Of a DNA stretch of 64,000 bases, positions 13,050-23,054 are shown one piece after another (positions within the stretch are counted from its first letter, which is position 1; every line of letters starts with the position of its first letter). The translations under genes were made by a program, and so were the position numbers. The stretch is from Acidobacteriota bacterium (GTDB lineage: Bacteria > Acidobacteriota > UBA890 > WLXD01): positions 3,424,001 to 3,488,000 of the forward strand of contig CBDFKD010000002.1 in the NCBI GenBank assembly GCA_965248695.1, read 5' to 3'. Below the pieces are notes generated by a model. That model was given only the letters and a program-made list of their open reading frames with translations. It made no database searches and was not told where the DNA came from.

Positions 13050-14591
13050 TCACGCCAGCGGCACGGATTGGCCCGCCTGAACGTAGGCATGCTCGTACAG
13101 AAGGAGGCCGGTCAAGGCGGCCAGCGCCGCGGCAAGCATCGACCAGGGGGCCAGCAATCCAGCGAACGTCAACACCAGACCCACACGGAAGAACCATGCG
13201 TAACGTCCACGAGTCATCTCCCTGACCGCGAGACGCGCATGAGCCGTGGGGTGCGTCAGCGTCACCTCGCCGCACACCAGGGCCAGGTGCACCGCACAGG
13301 CCAACGCCAGGGCGCCCCGCAGCATCGGTTGCACGCCAGGCGGGATCATCACGACGGAGGTGGCGGCGAGCAGCGTTGCGGCGCCGGCGAGCAGCGCCTG
13401 TACAACCATGTGTGATGGCAGCAGCGGGCTCTGCCACAGGTCGCGGGCCTTTGCCTGAGCGAACAGGTAGGCCGTGTAGACCGCCGTCATCAACGCCAGC
13501 GGCAAGCCTGGAAGCAACAGCCCGAGCTGGATCTCGTAGGCGCCAAGGAGGCTGCAAATCAGGTGTCCGACCAGCACGGCAGCGTAGGCCGTGATGATGA
13601 CAGCGCCCTTGACCAACCAGCTACGCCACTGGGGCCGCGTGAAGATGTAGAAGAAGCGCTTGGGGTGCTCGAGATCGCCGATCAGCAGGGCACCGGTGAT
13701 CGCCAGGAAGATCATCGCCAGCATCGGTGCCACCCACTGCCACAGCACATGGGTAGGGTCGACTCCCCCCAGAAGAACTGCCAGTCCGGCCACCAAGTAG
13801 CTACCCGCCGCGATTCCCTTGGTCCACGTGTAGGCACTCACGCGCCAATCCCAGGGGGCCGTGTGCGGGACGTCGTACGACAGCATGGCCGCCGCAGCGC
13901 TGTTGGGGCGATCGGGGTGGCCGGATACCACGTGCTGGCCGCCGGCGGTCTGCTCGCTCCACATGAACAGCCCGCCTTCGGGCCGCTGAGCCGCCAGCGG
14001 GTCGAGCGTCGCCTGCCCCACCCCGGTGTAGAACAACTTGGGTGCGGTCTCCTTCTCAGGCCGCCTGACCGACACCGATTCCCGATTGATGATCTGCGCT
14101 ACGCGCGACGTCGGATCGTGCATATCGCCAACCAAAATCGCCTCGGTCGGACACACCACGACACACGCCGGCTCCAGATCGATATCGAGACGGTGGGCGC
14201 AGAAGTTGCACTTCTCGGCCGCGTGATCCTCCGGGTTGATGAAAATCGCGTCGTACGGACACGCGGCGATACACGCCTTGCAGCCAATACAGATCGACTT
14301 GTCGAAGTCGACGATGCCGTCCGGGCGCTGGTACATGGCCGACGTCGGGCAGGCAGTGACACAGGGCGGGTTATCACACTGGTTGCAGCGCGTTACCTGG
14401 AACGCCCGGTGGGCGTCCGGGAACACCCCGACGTCGACGTACTTCACGTAGGTGCGATTCACCGACAGCGGGACAGCGTTCTCCGACTTGCACGCCGTCG
14501 AGCAGGCGTGGCATCCGATGCAGACGTCATGATCGATGACCTTGGCCCACTTGGGCGGCCGCGGCGTATCGAGCTGTAGCAACTCGGTCAT
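13050..14591 (-). CDS. 4Fe-4S dicluster subunit fused to NrfD/PsrC-type membrane anchor
   Basis: CIGCHACSTAC, CNQCDNPPCVTACP, CIGCKACIAACP, KCNFC..PACVVVCP, then ~8 TM with DLEHPKRF and RPQWRSWL. Confidence 0.92.
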   Translation of the reverse strand: MTELLQLDTPRPPKWAKVIDHDVCIGCHACSTACKSENAVPLSVNRTYVKYVDVGVFPDAHRAFQVTRCNQCDNPPCVTACPTSAMYQRPDGIVDFDKSICIGCKACIAACPYDAIFINPEDHAAEKCNFCAHRLDIDLEPACVVVCPTEAILVGDMHDPTSRVAQIINRESVSVRRPEKETAPKLFYTGVGQATLDPLAAQRPEGGLFMWSEQTAGGQHVVSGHPDRPNSAAAAMLSYDVPHTAPWDWRVSAYTWTKGIAAGSYLVAGLAVLLGGVDPTHVLWQWVAPMLAMIFLAITGALLIGDLEHPKRFFYIFTRPQWRSWLVKGAVIITAYAAVLVGHLICSLLGAYEIQLGLLLPGLPLALMTAVYTAYLFAQAKARDLWQSPLLPSHMVVQALLAGAATLLAATSVVMIPPGVQPMLRGALALACAVHLALVCGEVTLTHPTAHARLAVREMTRGRYAWFFRVGLVLTFAGLLAPWSMLAAALAALTGLLLYEHAYVQAGQSVPLA

Positions 14592-14767
14592 CGGGTGGCT
14601 CCATCGCTTCCGGGACGAGCGCGCAGTGTGCCATCCGCGCGATCTGCCTGCCTCACCACCGCTGCAGTCGGGGGTTTGGGACGGGCGATTCTCGGTCGTG
14701 ATCGGGGCGTCTGCCAGGTCGACCGACACGGCCCTGGCGGCGACCAGGGCGCTACAAAGCTATCTAG

Positions 14768-15038
14768 CAGGCCGTGGTGAAAGTGTGGTGGGTCTGGCGA
14801 CAGGGTCTTGCGAGGCGCAGGCCAGGAGAGAGGAGGAGGCGATGGTTACCCCATCGTTGACGACAAACGACGCAGCATCCGCGCGCAACCCCCAGTCGCC
14901 CGGCGGGTTACGGTGATTTGGGGCCATCTGCGGCGTTGGCCTTCCTCGACGATGGCTAGGGCATCGCCTCCGTCAGGCCGCCTTGCATCTGGCCCCAACT
15001 CGCCGTAGCCAGACCCAACACACTTTCACCACGGCCTG
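14768..15038. mobile_element. MITE-like non-autonomous element (271 bp), 31-bp TIRs, flanked by CTAG
   Basis: CAGGCCGTGGTGAAAGTGTGGTGGGTCTGGC (14768-14798) vs reverse complement of 15008-15038, 1 mismatch; CTAG at 14764-14767 and 15039-15042; no transposase ORF. Confidence 0.75.
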
Positions 15039-15827
15039 CTAGCGCCTCTTGCCGTCGTCCGGCTGGTAGGAATAGACGACGTAAAACGACTCCGGGAGGC
15101 TCAACAGAATCGTCCAGGGAGCCGTCGAATCCAGGTGGAACAGCTCCCGACGGCACTGGCCGGCGTCGGCATCGATGCCCGCTGTCGCGTCGACCTCGGT
15201 CATCGCCGCCGGGCTGCAGGCCTTTACGTCTTCGCTCGACTCCGAGCTCTGCGCCGCGGTCAGCGGCAGCACGTAGAAGATCCGCTGGTTACCCGGATCG
15301 CCGCCGACAACCTCGGCCGAGGCTCGAAGCCGGAGCCCGTCGGCCATACAGATGCGTTCCGGTGGAGCGGTCCAGTCGAAGCGCGCCTGGCCAGTCGAGA
15401 GCGCGCTCTCGATGGTGAACTGCGCCCAGGCGTCGGTCTCGGAGGAGGCATGCACGTTCAACGAGGTGTAGGGGATGCCCTTGACGACACCGGCCTGCGT
15501 GGAACGCACGTCGTTGCCACGCACGGCATCGCGACGTACCCAGCTCCAGCCATCCTCGGTTTGTCCGAAGTGGTAGCGACTGAGAATGTCGCGTCGATAG
15601 CCGGGATCGCGATCCGCCATCCATTCGACTGCCTGCGGATCACCGCGTCGCCAGTAAAGGTCGGCAGCGTTGGCTCGCCGGCGGGCCTCCTCCGCCAGGT
15701 CGACGCCCTCGGTAACGATGCCGGGTGGCGGACCCGCGCGACTCACTTCCTGAGCCAGCACCTGCGCCGACACCAGCAAGGCTGTCATCAAGGCGGCGGC
15801 GGTCCAGAATCGTCTTCGCATCACCAC
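15039..15827 (-). CDS. Hypothetical secreted protein
   Basis: Signal peptide MRRRFWTAAALMTALLVSAQVLA; divergent from the LytS/LytTR pair. Confidence 0.65.
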   Translation of the reverse strand: MVMRRRFWTAAALMTALLVSAQVLAQEVSRAGPPPGIVTEGVDLAEEARRRANAADLYWRRGDPQAVEWMADRDPGYRRDILSRYHFGQTEDGWSWVRRDAVRGNDVRSTQAGVVKGIPYTSLNVHASSETDAWAQFTIESALSTGQARFDWTAPPERICMADGLRLRASAEVVGGDPGNQRIFYVLPLTAAQSSESSEDVKACSPAAMTEVDATAGIDADAGQCRRELFHLDSTAPWTILLSLPESFYVVYSYQPDDGKRR

Positions 15828-16049
15828 CGACCCTACCCTGCGTGCCCGCGTTTGTCAGCGGCGACGCGATCTCGTGCCGAGGAGCCACGCCGTACCTCTC
15901 GCGCCGATCGGCGCGTCGATGCGGGCGCTTCGCTTCGCGGTTCGCGACACTGGACGGTCGTCCAGCCGGTCGCAGCGACCATTCAAGGTGCTGGTCCTTT
16001 CACCGCCGCCGGCGCCGGGCACTAAACTCGGCCACCGAGGCCCTCGAAT

Positions 16050-17174
16050 ATGAATCGCTTCGTCAGCTTCTATTTGCTCGCCTGGGTGCCCTACCTGGGG
16101 CTGTACACGTTGCTGTATCTCATCAGCGGCGAGTTCAGTCCTCTCGGGTCGGTACTCTCGGCGGTGATCAACGTGACGCCTGTAGCGGTGGCGGGGCTCG
16201 TCGTGCTACGCGCCGCCGGTGCGCTCGTCGAGCGGGCGAGTGGCTGGCGTCTACTCGCTACGCATGCGCTCCAAGCAGCGACGTTCGCCCTGCTGACCGC
16301 CGGCAGCAGTGCCACGACCTTCATTCTGGTGGCATGGCTGCGCGATGGCTCGAACGAGTACGCCAGAATGATCTTCGCCTGGCAACTGTTCATGAACCTG
16401 CTCGTGTATTGCTGCCTGGCGCTGTTCGCCCACGCCTGGGGTATGGGCGAGCGGCTGCAGCAGGAGCGCGCGCGTACGGCGCGCGCCGAACAGCTGCGCG
16501 TGCGCGCCGAGCTCGAGGCGCTGCGAGCGCAACTGAATCCCCACTTTCTGTTCAACACACTGCACTCACTTCTATCGCTCGTCCGGCGCGATCCACAGGG
16601 AGCCGAGGACGCCCTGGAGAGGTTCGGCGATCTGCTGCGATACACCTTGCGGACGCAGAGGGGCGAGGCCGACGACGTCACCTTGGGGGCTGAGTGGGGA
16701 TTCGTGAGCAACTACCTCGAGCTCGAAAGGCTGCGCCTCGGCGACCGACTGCGGCTTCATGCCAGCATCGATGCAACGGCGTTGAGCGCACGCGTGCCGG
16801 CGTTTTGCTTGCAGCCGCTAGTGGAGAACGCCATCCGCCATAGCGTGGCGCCGCGGTCCGGCGGCGGAACACTGTGGATCGACGCCACCCGCGATGGCGA
16901 TGCGCTGCACATCGAGGTGGCCGACGACGGTCCCGGCGCCGAGCCGGAAGCACTCGAGTCGAGCGATGGCATGGGGCTACGCTTGGTCCGCCAGCGGCTC
17001 GAGATGCTGGGCGAGGATGCCGAGCTGCGTATCGACACGCAGCCCGGGACCGGTTTCCGGGTCAGCGTGCGGGTACCGGCGCCGGAACGGGCGGCCTGGG
17101 CTGCCACCGAGGAGCCGACCAACGCCGAGCTGGCGTCGCCAGCGATCCTACGACCGCGTCGAGGAGAGGCTTGA
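16050..17174 (+). CDS. LytS/YehU-type sensor histidine kinase
   Basis: N-terminal TM helices, LRAQLNPHFLFNTL, LQPLVENAIRH, DDGPG, GMGL. Confidence 0.92.
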   Translation: MNRFVSFYLLAWVPYLGLYTLLYLISGEFSPLGSVLSAVINVTPVAVAGLVVLRAAGALVERASGWRLLATHALQAATFALLTAGSSATTFILVAWLRDGSNEYARMIFAWQLFMNLLVYCCLALFAHAWGMGERLQQERARTARAEQLRVRAELEALRAQLNPHFLFNTLHSLLSLVRRDPQGAEDALERFGDLLRYTLRTQRGEADDVTLGAEWGFVSNYLELERLRLGDRLRLHASIDATALSARVPAFCLQPLVENAIRHSVAPRSGGGTLWIDATRDGDALHIEVADDGPGAEPEALESSDGMGLRLVRQRLEMLGEDAELRIDTQPGTGFRVSVRVPAPERAAWAATEEPTNAELASPAILRPRRGEA

Positions 17175-17908
17175 TCCGCGCGCTCATCGCCGAGGATGAG
17201 CCGCTGGCGCGCCATGCGCTGCGCGATCTCATCGAAGGTGTCGCCTGGCTCGAACTGGTCGGTGAGGCCGAGGACGGTGCGGCGGCGGTACGCATGATCG
17301 ACGCCCTGGCGCCCGACCTGGTGTTCCTCGACGTCCAGATGCCGGAGCTCTCCGGCCTCGAGGTGCTCGGTACGATCGAGAACCAGCCGGCCGTCGTGTT
17401 CACCACCGCCTTCGATCGCTATGCCGTTGCCGCCTTCGAGCTCGAGGCCATCGACTACCTGGTGAAGCCGTTCGGCCGACGGCGCTTCCGCGCCACGCTC
17501 GAACGTGTTCGCAGTCGCCTCGACGACCCGGATGGAGGGGTACCCAGCGTCAAGCACCTACGCAGCGCCCTCGAGAGGGGTCCCTTGAGCCGGTTGTTTG
17601 CGCGCTCGGGCGACCGGATCGTCCCGATCCGCATCGAATCTGTTTCGCTGTTCACCGCCGCCGACGACTACGTCGAGGTCCATACCGACGGCGGCACGCA
17701 CCTGGTGAGCTTGACCCTCGGCGACCTCGAAACACGTCTCGACCAGGAGAGGTTCATTCGCGTTCACCGCTCAGCGATCGTCAACCTCGACCAGATTCAC
17801 CTGATGCGCCCCTTTGACGATCGTCGACTGGTGATCACGATGGAGGGTGGCGCCCGGGTGGTGGCCAGTAGATCCGGCTCCAAGAAGCTCCGCCAGCTGA
17901 TCAATTAG
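17171..17908 (+). CDS. LytTR-family response regulator
   Basis: AEDEPLAR, FLDVQMP, TTAFDRYA, DYLVKP, FIRVHRSAIVN; TTGA overlap with the kinase stop. Confidence 0.92.
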   Translation: MIRALIAEDEPLARHALRDLIEGVAWLELVGEAEDGAAAVRMIDALAPDLVFLDVQMPELSGLEVLGTIENQPAVVFTTAFDRYAVAAFELEAIDYLVKPFGRRRFRATLERVRSRLDDPDGGVPSVKHLRSALERGPLSRLFARSGDRIVPIRIESVSLFTAADDYVEVHTDGGTHLVSLTLGDLETRLDQERFIRVHRSAIVNLDQIHLMRPFDDRRLVITMEGGARVVASRSGSKKLRQLIN

Positions 17909-18088
17909 CGACGAAATCAGGCGCCGAGGAACCGCACGGGAGCCGCCGCAGCGCCTGAATGCCGCCGGCCGATCGAAGGTCCGGCCGAGGGACGACGCCC
18001 GGCGTTCGGGTCTGCTTAAATTCACCAGATCTTCAGGCTGCCCGGCGACGGCGACCATGCCGCGCTTCGGAACTCTTCGAGGACACCC

Positions 18089-19906
18089 TTGACGACTAAC
18101 GACAAGCTCAACACCTGGGTTGACGAGGTCCGACAGCTCTGCCGGCCGGACGCCGTGATGTGGTGCGACGGCTCTGCCGAGGAGTACGACCGGCTGAGCC
18201 AGCTCATGGTCGAGTCGGGCACCTACATCCGACTGGATGCGGAGCAACGACCCAACAGCTTTCTGTGTCGCTCCGATCCCGCCGATGTCGCTCGCGTCGA
18301 GGATCGGACGTTCATCTGCTCGGAGTTGGAGGCAGACGCAGGACCGACGAACAATTGGACCGACCCGGACGGTATGCGCTCGACCCTACGTGACCTCTAC
18401 GACGGTTGCATGCGGGGCCGCACGATGTACGTCATCCCTTACTCCATGGGGCCGATCGGTAGCCCGATCTCCAAGATCGGTATCGAGATCAGCGACTCGC
18501 CGTACGTGGTGTGCAATCTGCACATCATGGCGCGTGTAGGAACCGCCGTTCTCGAGGTGCTCGGCAACGACGACAGCTTCGTACGCGGGCTGCACTCGGT
18601 CGGCTACCCGCTGACCAGCAGCAAGCAGCCCGACTTGCCCTGGCCATGCGACGCCAACAACAAGTACATCGCGCACTTCCCGGAGACCCGCGAGATCATG
18701 TCGTACGGCTCCGGCTATGGCGGCAACGCTCTGCTCGGCAAGAAGTGTCACGCGCTACGGATCGCCTCGGTACAAGCGCGCGACAACGGCTGGCTGGCCG
18801 AGCACATGCTGATCCTCAAGCTCACATCACCGGCCGGCGACGTGAAGTACATCACCGCCGCGTTCCCCAGCGCCTGCGGCAAGACCAACCTGGCGATGAT
18901 GAACCCGACGCTGCCGGGCTGGAAAGTGGAGACCATCGGCGATGACATCGCCTGGATGAAGTTCGGGGAGGACGGCCGTCTGTACGCCATCAACCCCGAA
19001 GCCGGCTTCTTCGGCGTCGCCCCTGGAACCAGCGACCGGTCCAACGCCAACGCCATGCTGTCGATGGCGTCCAACGCCATCTTCACCAACTGCGCGCTCA
19101 CCAAGGAGGGCGATGCGTGGTGGGAGGGGATGACGCCGGAATCACCCGCCGAGCTGGTCGATTGGCTGCGACGCCCGTGGACTCCAGATTCGGGGCGGCC
19201 GGCTGCCCATCCGAACGCCCGCTTCACCGCTCCGGCACGCCAGTGTCCGGTCATCGCCCCTGAGTGGGAGGACCCCGACGGTGTCCCCATCAGCGCGTTC
19301 CTCTTCGGCGGCCGCCGCGAGACCGTGATCCCACTCGTTACCGAAGCCTTTGACTGGGAGCATGGCACCTTCCTGGGCTCGATCATGTCGTCCGCGAAGA
19401 CCGCGGCCGCTGCCGGGCAGATCGGCGAGGTGCGCCGCGACCCGATGGCGATGCTCCCCTTCTGCGGCTATCACATGGGCGACTACTTCGCGCACTGGCT
19501 GCGTCTGGGCGCCAAGACAGATCCGGCCAAGCTACCCAAGATCTTCTACGTGAACTGGTTCCGCGGTGACGCCGACGGCCGCTTCATCTGGCCAGGCTTC
19601 GGCGACAACTCACGCGTCCTCAGCTGGGTGTTCGATCGCTGTGCCGACGCCGCCGAGAGCGTCGACACCGCGATCGGAAGAGTCCCGACCTGCGACGCCA
19701 TCGACGTCAACGGGCTCGACCTCGCCCCCGGCGACCTCGAGGAGCTCCTGCGCGTCGACATCGACGGCTGGCAACGAGAGATCCCGCAGATCGAAGAGCA
19801 CTACGAGCAGTTCGGCGACCGGCTTCCAGAGGCGCTGACGGATCAGCTCGACGCCCTGAGGACACGGCTGCGGGAAGCGGCGCTGGAGAGCGCGGCGGTC
19901 GGCTAG
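18089..19906 (+). CDS. pckG: Phosphoenolpyruvate carboxykinase (GTP)
   Basis: [57 protein letters not shown]. Confidence 0.97.
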   Translation: MTTNDKLNTWVDEVRQLCRPDAVMWCDGSAEEYDRLSQLMVESGTYIRLDAEQRPNSFLCRSDPADVARVEDRTFICSELEADAGPTNNWTDPDGMRSTLRDLYDGCMRGRTMYVIPYSMGPIGSPISKIGIEISDSPYVVCNLHIMARVGTAVLEVLGNDDSFVRGLHSVGYPLTSSKQPDLPWPCDANNKYIAHFPETREIMSYGSGYGGNALLGKKCHALRIASVQARDNGWLAEHMLILKLTSPAGDVKYITAAFPSACGKTNLAMMNPTLPGWKVETIGDDIAWMKFGEDGRLYAINPEAGFFGVAPGTSDRSNANAMLSMASNAIFTNCALTKEGDAWWEGMTPESPAELVDWLRRPWTPDSGRPAAHPNARFTAPARQCPVIAPEWEDPDGVPISAFLFGGRRETVIPLVTEAFDWEHGTFLGSIMSSAKTAAAAGQIGEVRRDPMAMLPFCGYHMGDYFAHWLRLGAKTDPAKLPKIFYVNWFRGDADGRFIWPGFGDNSRVLSWVFDRCADAAESVDTAIGRVPTCDAIDVNGLDLAPGDLEELLRVDIDGWQREIPQIEEHYEQFGDRLPEALTDQLDALRTRLREAALESAAVG

Positions 19907-19917
19907 ATTGGGCAAGC

Positions 19918-20056
19918 GAGGGGGTAGCCATGACCGGGCTCTTCCAGCGGTCACCGCCTGGCGTCGGATCGGCTGGGTTGCTCTCGCGTCAAAGCTCGTA
20001 GTCCGGTCATGGCCGTGCAGGCGATGCTGGTAGAGCCCGGTCATGGCTACCCCCTC
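19918..20056. repeat. 31-bp inverted repeat pair (REP-like long hairpin) after pckG
   Basis: GAGGGGGTAGCCATGACCGGGCTCTTCCAGC (19918-19948) vs reverse complement of 20026-20056, 1 mismatch. Confidence 0.75.
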
Positions 20057-20210
20057 TGTCACCACTTCTAGCGGCGCGCGCTCTGAGCGCTTCCCGACAG
20101 ACCGAGGACAGGCGTCGAGCTGATCCGCCATCACGTAGGAACCCGCGACTCCGATCTACTCTGGGACGGACAACGCCGCCCGAACACCAGAGACCTTCTC
20201 CGACGGTCGC

Positions 20211-20359
20211 CGCGGTGGGGCGGGTGCGTTATGCGCCCTAGCCAGGCCCGCTGGCACGGCGTTGAAAAACCGCAATCGATGAGGCGTTGACTACCCAGTC
20301 CATCACCCACAGACGCTCCACCCTGGCGTAGGCGCATAGCGCACCCTGCCCGCACCGCG
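20211..20359. repeat. Imperfect ~36-bp inverted repeat pair (REP-like)
   Basis: CGCGGTGGGGCGGGTGCGTTATGCGCCCTAGCCAGG vs CCTGGCGTAGGCGCATAGCGCACCCTGCCCGCACCGCG. Confidence 0.6.
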
Positions 20360-20407
20360 ACTCCTGAGTTGTAGTCGACGCGCGGACGGGAGTAGATTCG
20401 CCGCTCC

Positions 20408-21448
20408 ATGAGCAAGACTCGGACACGACGCGCCTTCCTCCACGGATGCGGCGCAACCATCGGCGGCCTTGGCCTCGGCGCCTGTGTCGGGACAGCTGGC
20501 ACGACGGCGGACGGGCGGCGGATCGTGGAGATGCAGCTCGGCTGGCTGGTGGGCGCCAATCAGCTCGGCGAGGTGGCCGCTGCGCGGCTGGGATACTTCG
20601 ACGACGAGGGAATCGCGTTCCGCGTTCGGCCCGGCGGGGCGAACATCGATGGCGTCGCCATCGTGGCATCGGGGCGCTACCTGGTCGGCGAAACAACCTC
20701 GAGTCCGTCGATCATGCTAGCGGTCTCACAAGGCATACCGATCCGGTGCTTCGCAGTGGCCATGCAGGAGCACCCGTATGCTTACTTCTCCTTTCCCGAG
20801 AACCCGGTACGTGAGCCCGGCGAGCTGGTTGGCAAGCGGGTGGGAATCCAGCCGACCGGCCGCGTGCTGTTGGATGCGCTGCTGGCTCGGCATCGGATCG
20901 ATCCCGCGAAGCTGGAGATACAGGTCGTGGGATCCTCGCTCGTACCGCTGATTACCGGGCAGGTCGACGTGATCACCGGGTGGACGACCAACGCCGCGTC
21001 GCTGCGCCCACTCGGCGGGCGACAGCTCGCGATGCGACTCTGGGACGTCGGAATCCGCCTGTACGCGATGCCGTACTACGCGACCCATCGGGCGCTTCAA
21101 GAAGACGCCGAGATCCTGGCAGCGTTCCTGCGCGCTACGGCACGCGGCTGGGCGTTCGTTCACGGCAGCCCCGAGCGTGCGGTGGAGATGCTCACATCCG
21201 AGTACCCGATCTTGCGGCCCGATGACGAGCTTCATGCGGCTCGGGCGCAGATGCCCTACGTGTTCAACGCCCAGACCGCCGAGGGCGGATGGGGCAGCAT
21301 GTCGGCGGACAACTGGAGGGCGCAGCTGGAGACGTATGAGCGGCTCGGGCAGTTCGCCGGCCCCGCGCCGCAGCTCGACGAGTTGGTTTCGGGCGCCATC
21401 CTCGATGCTACGGAGGATGCGCGCCCGCACCTGGGCGCCCCCGCATGA
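20408..21448 (+). CDS. ABC transporter substrate-binding protein, NMT1/THI5/SsuA-like, Tat lipoprotein
   Basis: TRRAFL Tat motif, LGAC lipobox, QLGW, GYFDDEGI, ELVGKRVGI. Confidence 0.88.
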   Translation: MSKTRTRRAFLHGCGATIGGLGLGACVGTAGTTADGRRIVEMQLGWLVGANQLGEVAAARLGYFDDEGIAFRVRPGGANIDGVAIVASGRYLVGETTSSPSIMLAVSQGIPIRCFAVAMQEHPYAYFSFPENPVREPGELVGKRVGIQPTGRVLLDALLARHRIDPAKLEIQVVGSSLVPLITGQVDVITGWTTNAASLRPLGGRQLAMRLWDVGIRLYAMPYYATHRALQEDAEILAAFLRATARGWAFVHGSPERAVEMLTSEYPILRPDDELHAARAQMPYVFNAQTAEGGWGSMSADNWRAQLETYERLGQFAGPAPQLDELVSGAILDATEDARPHLGAPA

Positions 21449-22311
21449 TGGGCGACGAACCGAGCAACGGCGCCGACGCGCAGGGGGATTGCGAGCAGCC
21501 TCCGGTGAGCGGCAGCGGGGCGTTCCTCGCCGCGCCGCGATCGGAGACGCTCGTCGAGCTCGAATCCGTGAACGTCGAGTTCGCCAGCGACCGCGGCACC
21601 GTCGTTGCCCTTCAGGACGTGTCGCTGACCATCGACACGGGCGATTTCCTCACCGTGATCGGTCCCTCGGGTTGTGGCAAGTCGACGCTGCTGCGTGTCA
21701 TCGCAGATCTCGTCACGCCTACGTCCGGAGAAGCTCGACTGCGCGGGCAGGCGCCGGAGATCGCTCGCGAACGCAAGGAGATCGGCTTCGTTTTCCAGGA
21801 ACATGCCTTGCTGCCGTGGCGAAGCGCCCTGGCCAACGTCGAGCTTCCGCTGCAGGTCGGTGCGCGGCGTGCCCCGCCAGCCGACGCCATGACGCCAGCC
21901 CAGCTGCTGACGCTGGTGGGCCTCGCGGACAGGCAGGACGCCCTACCGCACGAGCTCTCGGGAGGTATGCGCCAGCGGGTCGCCATCGCACGGGCGCTGG
22001 TGACCGGGCCTCGACTGTTGCTCATGGATGAGCCTTTCGGTGCGCTCGACGAGATTACCCGCGATCGACTCAATCAGGAGCTGTTGCAGATCTGGCAGAA
22101 GACCGGCACGACGATCGTGTTCGTAACCCACAGCATCTCGGAGGCCTTGTTCCTCGGCCGCCGCGTCCTGGTGCTCGCGGCTCGGCCCGGCCGAGTGCTC
22201 GATGTGGTGACCACCGAGATCCCGGAGCCGCGGCTGCTGTCAGCGCGCGAGAGCGAAGCGTTCGTCCGCCAGGCAGCCGCCCTTCGGGCGCTGCTGGAGC
22301 AGTGCGGATGA
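21445..22311 (+). CDS. ABC transporter ATP-binding protein (SsuB/TauB-like)
   Basis: GPSGCGKST, LSGGMRQR, LLMDEPFGALD, VTH. Confidence 0.95.
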   Translation: MMGDEPSNGADAQGDCEQPPVSGSGAFLAAPRSETLVELESVNVEFASDRGTVVALQDVSLTIDTGDFLTVIGPSGCGKSTLLRVIADLVTPTSGEARLRGQAPEIARERKEIGFVFQEHALLPWRSALANVELPLQVGARRAPPADAMTPAQLLTLVGLADRQDALPHELSGGMRQRVAIARALVTGPRLLLMDEPFGALDEITRDRLNQELLQIWQKTGTTIVFVTHSISEALFLGRRVLVLAARPGRVLDVVTTEIPEPRLLSARESEAFVRQAAALRALLEQCG

Positions 22312-23054
22312 AGAGCCCACGCTGGCTTCCCGTGCTCAGTGTCACCGGGCTGCTGGCCGCGTGGTCCATGGCTGTGTGGTGGCTGCAAATACCGAGCTAT
22401 CTGGTGCCGTCGCCCCTGGATGTCGCCGAGACACTGTGGCGCGACGCCGGAACGCTGCTCGCAAACCTGATACCCACCGCCATCGAAAGCCTGGCCGGGT
22501 TCCTCCTCGGCAACCTCATGTCCGTGCTGCTCGCCATCGCTTTCGTGCAGCGACGGACCCTGCAAGATGCCTTCTTTCCTATCGTGGTGGTAATCAACAC
22601 CATACCGATCGTCGCCATCGCACCAATTCTAGTGCTGCTTCTGGGCAACGACATGAAGCCCAAGATCGCCATCGCGGCGCTCATCTGCTTCTTCCCGACG
22701 CTGGTGAACATGGTGCGCGGGCTGTCTTCCGTGAATCCACGCTCGGTGGAGCTGATGCGCGTGCTTGCGGCCAGCGATCGCGAGGTGTTCTTGAAGCTGC
22801 GCCTGCCGAACTCGCTGCCGTATCTGTTCGCCTCGCTGCGCATCGCTACGTCGACGGCGGTGATCGGCGCCATCGTCGGTGAGTGGATCGGCAGCACAGC
22901 CGGGCTGGGCGCTCTCATCATCCAGGCGACATACAACTTCGATACGCCGCTGCTGTACGCTTCGGTCGTCCTCGCCTCTGCGTTCTCGGTCACCTTCTTT
23001 GCCGCCGTCGGCTGGCTCGAGCGACGCATCGTCACCTGGGATGCCGCGCCATGA
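22308..23054 (+). CDS. ABC transporter permease (SsuC/TauC-like)
   Basis: PIVAIAP, FFPTLVN, LRLPNSLPYLF, GAIVGEW; ATGA overlap. Confidence 0.93.
   Translation: MKSPRWLPVLSVTGLLAAWSMAVWWLQIPSYLVPSPLDVAETLWRDAGTLLANLIPTAIESLAGFLLGNLMSVLLAIAFVQRRTLQDAFFPIVVVINTIPIVAIAPILVLLLGNDMKPKIAIAALICFFPTLVNMVRGLSSVNPRSVELMRVLAASDREVFLKLRLPNSLPYLFASLRIATSTAVIGAIVGEWIGSTAGLGALIIQATYNFDTPLLYASVVLASAFSVTFFAAVGWLERRIVTWDAAP

Noticed and set aside
19918-20056. Tn3-derived MITE (GGGG ends)
   Set aside because: No 5-bp target duplication and no similarity to Tn3 IRs beyond GGGG
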